Positions 59,066 through 64,000 of a stretch of 64,000 nt of DNA are shown here, piece by piece. The notes under the pieces were generated by a model. The model was given only the letters and a program-made list of their open reading frames with translations, searched no databases and was not told the origin of the DNA. A program made the position numbers and the translations under genes. The stretch is from Myxococcales bacterium (GTDB lineage: Bacteria > Myxococcota_A > UBA9160 > SMWR01), in contig JADFQO010000003.1 of NCBI GenBank assembly GCA_022561775.1, forward strand, positions 4,304 to 68,303, in the 5' to 3' direction. The stretch's first letter is position 1. Every line of letters begins with the position of its first letter.

Positions 59066-60750
59066 GGCGTCGAGGCCTTTCGGGCTTGGCGCCATTGCGC
59101 GCGTGTGTACTCGAGGTCGATGAGAATCCCGGATTGCAGCGGTCCGCCGAGTCGGAGGGCTCGCTCGAAACAATCGATCGCTTCGCGGTACTCGCCGCGA
59201 ACCCGGTGGGCCTGCCCGGTCGATCGCAACCAGGTCTGGGTCTCGAGGCCTCTCGATCGAGCGAATTCGATCCAGCGCCCGGCGATCTCGTCGATCAGCT
59301 CGTGGAACACCGGTTCTCGTGAGATCGGTTCGAACCGTGGATCGGCTGAGAATCTCGCCATGTGGCCGAGGCTTCTATCTGCGGCTGCCCGCAGCTCTCT
59401 GACGGCGGTTTCTGCGTCTCGTTGCTGCGCGGCCAGCAGTGCGCGGTAGTAGGAGGCGTTCGCTCCGTTGGGGTATCGGAGGGCGCCGCTCCGGAGCAGC
59501 AGCACCTCCTCGTGCCACAGCGCGGCACGCGCGTGACTGCGAATCCCAAATCCGATCACCACGAGGGCGGTGCTGACGGCGACCAGCCCGTTCGCGATCG
59601 ACGTCCAGCGGATTCGGGCCTCGCGATCGGCAATCGTCGGCCACCAGCTCGCGCGAAATTCCGTCGCGGCCAATAGGGATCCACCGATCAGCCCGGGCAG
59701 GATGAAGTAGAGATAGCGATCCGCCATCGGGTGCATGAAGGGCCAGATCTGAGAAATGGGTCCGAAAGAGGCGGCCGCCACGATCCAGTAGGCGGCTTCA
59801 GCACTGCGTGCGCGAAGCGTCGCAATCGTTCGCCAGGCGAGTAGAACGGCGGCCAGGAAGCCGCCGATCCACCATGGATCTAGGATTGATTTAACCGGTT
59901 CGGGCTCTTGAAACGCCGACACTCCATACGAGGTGGCGGCCATGACGAGATAGCGGGCCCAGAAAGAGAAAATCGAACGGATCTGTACCCAGCGATCCGG
60001 GTAGGGTGAGACGTCGGTTGCCACCTGGGCGTTGAGTTCCGGTATCGCGTACAGGATGGCGACGACCACCCAGCCCGCGAGCCAGACCCACTGTCTGCTC
60101 GCGTCGCGCCGCGACCAGCTGAGGGCGGCGGCCATCGGAAGGGCGGCCATGGCGGAAGCCTTCGTGAGCAGGCCGAGCGCGAACAGTGCGAGGGCCAGCG
60201 CCGGGTGGCGGCGTTGCGAGAGCACGGCGCCGAGCGCAAACGCGAGTGCCGCATCGGTCTTGAGCTGCGAAATCCAGGCGACGGCTTCGACATTGGCGGG
60301 ATGGACCGCAAAGATCAGCCCGGCCAGGAGTGCAGCGACCCGCGGAACGCGAGTCGCGATCAGCAGCGCGATCAGCAAGACGCAGCCGAGTGCGTGGATC
60401 ACCGCGTTGACGACGTGGTATCCGAGCGTGTCGCTGCCAAAGAGCGCTTTTTCCAGCGCGTGAAACAGCAGCATCACGGGCGCGTAGTTCACGCCGTGAA
60501 TCGCCGCGCCCCCAAAGGGGTCGAAGATCGCGATCAGGCTTTCCTGGTTGAACGGATTCAGGTAGGGGTGCCTCACGATCATCGAGTAGTCGTCATTGAT
60601 GAATGCACCGTCGAGCGCGGGCTGAAGGACGGCGAGCGAAATCGCCGCGAATGCGAACCAGAGCAGGACTGCGTGGGAGAGGGAAAGACCGTCGAATTCC
60701 GTTGAGTCGCGCAGCGTTGGCTGCACGCGCGTGCGCGGCTCGGCTGACAT
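59062..60750 (-). CDS. TMTC-like GT-C membrane glycosyltransferase with TPR tail
   Basis: FINDDY, YHVVN..IH, FAVHPANVEAVAWISQ, ADRYLY, C-terminal TPR. Confidence 0.8.
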   Translation of the reverse strand: MSAEPRTRVQPTLRDSTEFDGLSLSHAVLLWFAFAAISLAVLQPALDGAFINDDYSMIVRHPYLNPFNQESLIAIFDPFGGAAIHGVNYAPVMLLFHALEKALFGSDTLGYHVVNAVIHALGCVLLIALLIATRVPRVAALLAGLIFAVHPANVEAVAWISQLKTDAALAFALGAVLSQRRHPALALALFALGLLTKASAMAALPMAAALSWSRRDASRQWVWLAGWVVVAILYAIPELNAQVATDVSPYPDRWVQIRSIFSFWARYLVMAATSYGVSAFQEPEPVKSILDPWWIGGFLAAVLLAWRTIATLRARSAEAAYWIVAAASFGPISQIWPFMHPMADRYLYFILPGLIGGSLLAATEFRASWWPTIADREARIRWTSIANGLVAVSTALVVIGFGIRSHARAALWHEEVLLLRSGALRYPNGANASYYRALLAAQQRDAETAVRELRAAADRSLGHMARFSADPRFEPISREPVFHELIDEIAGRWIEFARSRGLETQTWLRSTGQAHRVRGEYREAIDCFERALRLGGPLQSGILIDLEYTRAQWRQARKASTP

Positions 60751-60945
60751 GGGGGCCATTCTACCGGCCGCCCCATCGAAGATCACGATCGGAGAGCGCC
60801 TGGCGTCTGCTCCGAGGGAGCCGGGGGGAAGGGCCTCCCCTCTCCGCACCCGAGCAAGCAGCCTCGCAGACGAATCCGACCGGGAGTCTGGCCCAGGATG
60901 TGGAATGAGGATGGTCGCGCGTGTTCTCGGTAGGTTAGAACCCGC

Positions 60946-62373
60946 CTAGCTGAGATCGGATGCGATTGCGTCGCCGGCGCGCCAGCCGAGCAGCAGGTCT
61001 CCCTCGAACCCCAGCGCACCGAGCGTCCCGCGGTCCAACACGTAGGCCGGGGTGCGGGAGACCGGCCGCAAAGGAGCCCCGGCGGGCCAACTGCCCTCGC
61101 CACGAGGGTCGGCGAGGATTTCGTCCTGGTCCCAGAGCGGCGCCCGGCAGGCCACGCGCACCCACCCCTCCCTCCCGAGCGGGAACAGACTGGCCACACC
61201 AGCCTCGATCTCATCTCGAACAGCGTCGACTGTCGCGTCGATCGGGACGACTGCCGACGCCACGAGATCGACCGGATCGCCCCCGTCGGGGTTCTCGAAA
61301 ACCCGCAGGCGAATCAGATTGGTTCCCGAAATCTTCTCGGAGAGATTCCCAACGCGGATCACCCGCGCCGCCATTCCTTCGGGCAGCGCTCGGCGCGGGC
61401 CGCGAAGATGCAGCCCCAATCTTTGCTGGCTGGCGGCGGGACCCTTCAGCAACTCGGGGATCGGGCCCTTTGGGATGGCATCTCTGAGCGCCGGCAGAGG
61501 CGCGTTGATCACGAGCGCTCTGCCCGCACAGACCTCGGGCGATCGCTCGAGTTCGATCGCGGGTTGGTTTCCGGCCGATACGAGTCGGAAGGCGCCGCGA
61601 AGTTGGCGAATTTCTCCATAGAGTGACTCGATGCGCTGATCGAGCAGACCCCTGAGCCAGCGATGACCCTCCACCATTTCGGCAGCGCCGCCGAGTGCTG
61701 CTCCGAGCAGCCGCGTTTGAATGGTTGTGGGCGGTTCGATCTCTGCAAAATCCGAGAGCGCGCGCAGTTGTGCGTCGCAGAAGGCCGCCAGCGGGCTCGC
61801 TTCGGCCACCGCGCGTCCGACGGGATCCGCGATTCGGTTGCGCGGGTTCGACTGCGCTTGGGGCTCTTGCGGCAGCGACGGAGCCCTTCGCGACAAGCGG
61901 GGTATGCGCCTGCTGCCGGTGTAGATCTTGGCATTCAGAAGTGTGCGCTGTTGCGCTTCGCAACCCTCTCGGAGCGAAGCGACCAGGTTGCGAGCAGTCT
62001 GTTCGGGTGAGAGATTCCACGCCTCGAGCTCTTCGGCCGTCCGGTCCGCGTCGCCGACGTCTACCCGCGCCTTCGGGAGCGCCACCTGGTAGGCGGGAAA
62101 GGCCGCGCGGATCCGTCTGCGATCGATGAGCGGGATTCCCAACGCCTTGAGGCAGGAGCCGAGCACCCCGTCGCTCCCACTTCCCGCCATCATGAAGGGC
62201 TCGCGGATTCCGGGGTATGCGACGGCAGCGGCGTGTTCCTCGAGAATCAGCACGCGGAGGCCGCGCATACCGAGCCGGATCGCCGCGATGAGGCCCGGCA
62301 GCGCACTTCCGAGCACGACCGCGTCCCATCGCCGGACGCGAAAGGTACAACCAACGGGCGGGAGCCCGCGCAT
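60946..62373 (-). CDS. FAD/NAD(P)-binding oxidoreductase-like protein
   Basis: WDAVVLGSALPGLIAA.RL...GLRVLILE Rossmann-like start; C-terminal GALGFEG; coupled to the purM stop. Confidence 0.65.
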   Translation of the reverse strand: MRGLPPVGCTFRVRRWDAVVLGSALPGLIAAIRLGMRGLRVLILEEHAAAVAYPGIREPFMMAGSGSDGVLGSCLKALGIPLIDRRRIRAAFPAYQVALPKARVDVGDADRTAEELEAWNLSPEQTARNLVASLREGCEAQQRTLLNAKIYTGSRRIPRLSRRAPSLPQEPQAQSNPRNRIADPVGRAVAEASPLAAFCDAQLRALSDFAEIEPPTTIQTRLLGAALGGAAEMVEGHRWLRGLLDQRIESLYGEIRQLRGAFRLVSAGNQPAIELERSPEVCAGRALVINAPLPALRDAIPKGPIPELLKGPAASQQRLGLHLRGPRRALPEGMAARVIRVGNLSEKISGTNLIRLRVFENPDGGDPVDLVASAVVPIDATVDAVRDEIEAGVASLFPLGREGWVRVACRAPLWDQDEILADPRGEGSWPAGAPLRPVSRTPAYVLDRGTLGALGFEGDLLLGWRAGDAIASDLS

Positions 62374-63479
62374 CAGTCTCCGGCCGCCGCTCGTGGTCCG
62401 AAGACGAGAGTGGGTTCGTCGGGCCCCTTCGCTTCGACGGTTCCGATCCGGTAGGCCCGCTCGCTGAGTGCGGAGAGTCGGTCGAGGATTTCGTCCGTCT
62501 GCTCGGGTGGAACGATCGCGACCATTCCGATTCCGCAGTTGAAGACGCGAAGCATTTCCCGATCGGAGATGCCGCCGATGCGCTGAATCAGCTCGAAAAC
62601 CGGCGGGCGCGGCCACGATTTCGGATCGATCTGCGCCTGCACGCCATTGGGCAGTACGCGGGGCAGGTTGCCTTCGAACCCTCCCCCGGTGATGTGAGCG
62701 ATCCCTTTGACGGTAAAATCGCGGACCAGGTTGAGAACCGGCTTGACGTAGATCCGCGTCGGCGCCATCAGGGAAGCCGCAAGCGAAGTGTTCAGTTCCG
62801 GATTTTCCGCGCGCATCTCCAGCTGGCCTGCCTTGATCCCCGCTTTGACGATCTTTCGAACCAGCGAAAACCCGTTGCTGTGGAAACCACTCGAAGCGAG
62901 CCCGAGAATGTCGTCGCCGTGGCTGATCTCCGATCCGTCGACGATCTGATCGCGTTCAACGACGCCCACACCAAAACCGACGAGCTCGATCTCGCCCTTG
63001 GCGTGGGCTCCCGGCATCGTTGCCGTTTCTCCGCCGAGCAGCGCACAACCAGCCCTTCGGCAGCCTTCCGCGATACCGCGTAGGGTTTGCTTGGCGAGTT
63101 CCAGATCGAGTCGGTTCATCGCCAGGTAATCGAGGAAGACGATCGGCTCGGCGCCCTGCACGATGAGGTCGTTGACCACCATCGCCACACAGTCGATTCC
63201 CACCGTGTCGTAGCGGCCCAACTCGGCGGCGAGTTTGAGTTTGGTTCCGACACCATCGGCGCCCGCGACGAAGACCGGATTTTCGTATCGATCCGGGGCC
63301 TTGAAGAGCCCCGCGAAGCCGCCGATCGACGACAGGATTTCCGGCCGCAAGGTGGGTCGGGTGATCTCCGCAATCGCGGAGATGAATTCCTCGTCGTGGT
63401 CGAGGTCTACCCCCGCACTCGCGTAGGTGGGGGCGGTCGGGTCGTCGGATTTCGAACGCTTCGAGGGCTTTTTGCTCAC
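62373..63479 (-). CDS. purM: Phosphoribosylaminoimidazole synthetase
   Basis: YASAGVD, GGFAG, DGVGTK, GGETA, HSNGFSL, HITGGG, FNCGIG. Confidence 0.96.
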   Translation of the reverse strand: MSKKPSKRSKSDDPTAPTYASAGVDLDHDEEFISAIAEITRPTLRPEILSSIGGFAGLFKAPDRYENPVFVAGADGVGTKLKLAAELGRYDTVGIDCVAMVVNDLIVQGAEPIVFLDYLAMNRLDLELAKQTLRGIAEGCRRAGCALLGGETATMPGAHAKGEIELVGFGVGVVERDQIVDGSEISHGDDILGLASSGFHSNGFSLVRKIVKAGIKAGQLEMRAENPELNTSLAASLMAPTRIYVKPVLNLVRDFTVKGIAHITGGGFEGNLPRVLPNGVQAQIDPKSWPRPPVFELIQRIGGISDREMLRVFNCGIGMVAIVPPEQTDEILDRLSALSERAYRIGTVEAKGPDEPTLVFGPRAAAGD

Positions 63480-63538
63480 GTCCGATGGATAGGCGAGTCG
63501 CCCAAGGCCTGTCAAACGGAAGTTGCTATGGTCGGCCG

Positions 63539-64000
63539 GTGAGGCTCTCGGTGGTGATTCCAGCGTTGAACGAAGCGAATTGGATCGTTGGTGCCATCGA
63601 AAGTGCACGCGCACCGGGTGTCGAAGTCGTCGTGGTCGATGGCGGTAGCCGGGATGCGACGCGGGAGCTCGCGGTCGCCGCCGGGGTGCGCGTCGTGAGC
63701 AGCCCGGCCGGCCGAGCCGAGCAGCTCGCCGCGGGAGTCCGCGTGAGCTGCGGAGACACGATTCTCCTGCTCCACGCCGATACCCGGTTGCCCTCCGGGT
63801 TCGATCAGGCCGTCGCGAGCGCCCTTGAAGACGTCCGGACGATCGGCGGTGCGTTTCGCATGCGGTTCGAGGAAGCCGGTTGGGCGCTGCGCGTGGTCGA
63901 GTGGGGGGCGCGGTTGCGGGTTGCGGTCTTCGGTCTGCCGTACGGCGACCAGGCGCTCTTCGTGAGGCGTCGAATCCTCGAAGCGATCGGTGGCGTTCCA
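63539..64000 (+). CDS. GT2 glycosyltransferase, TIGR04283-like (3' end outside window)
   Basis: Hand translation from GTG 63539: MRLSVVIPALNEA..VVDGGSRD..LLLHADT..PYGDQALFVRR. Confidence 0.85.
   Translation, partial: MRLSVVIPALNEANWIVGAIESARAPGVEVVVVDGGSRDATRELAVAAGVRVVSSPAGRAEQLAAGVRVSCGDTILLLHADTRLPSGFDQAVASALEDVRTIGGAFRMRFEEAGWALRVVEWGARLRVAVFGLPYGDQALFVRRRILEAIGGVP

Noticed and set aside
59065-59200. preQ1 riboswitch upstream of the VUT transporter
   Set aside because: The region is coding sequence of the upstream gene and shows no preQ1 motif or A-rich tail

Overview
GC-rich bacterial chromosome segment; gene content and order point to Myxococcota/deltaproteobacteria (inference). Bases 1-47.4 kb are mostly housekeeping: gltX (partial), yceD-rpmF-fabD-acpP-fabF, an rpiB-glyA fusion, nrdR-ribD-ribH-nusB, a Che8-like chemosensory cluster (DUF4388, CheY, CheA, 2 CheW, long MCP, Zn-ribbon/REC, HEAT, CheR, CheB, GAF, CheY), lptE-holA, rpsT, TPR and DUF4388 membrane proteins, phoH-ybeY-lnt-prfB (frameshift)-lysS-lolC/E-lolD, bamA-skp, a degenerate lpxK, and yicC-remA-gmk-rel. 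Bases 47.5-57.2 kb are accessory: (i) a YceI plus bufferin-type RiPP operon (BufA2-like precursor, DUF692 MNIO, DUF2063) behind a SigF/ECF16-like promoter; (ii) an exosortase-EpsI fusion, then a sigma54 promoter with IHF site and palindrome, a 63-bp tandem repeat, an orphan secreted protein, a Cys-rich PEP-CTERM protein and a TPR-CHAT protein lacking both catalytic residues. The window ends with enoyl-CoA hydratase, a VUT transporter, a TMTC-like GT-C protein, a degenerate FAD protein, purM and a partial GT2. No rRNA, tRNA, CRISPR array or mobile element was recognised. All family calls are from motif recognition by eye; no database search was run.
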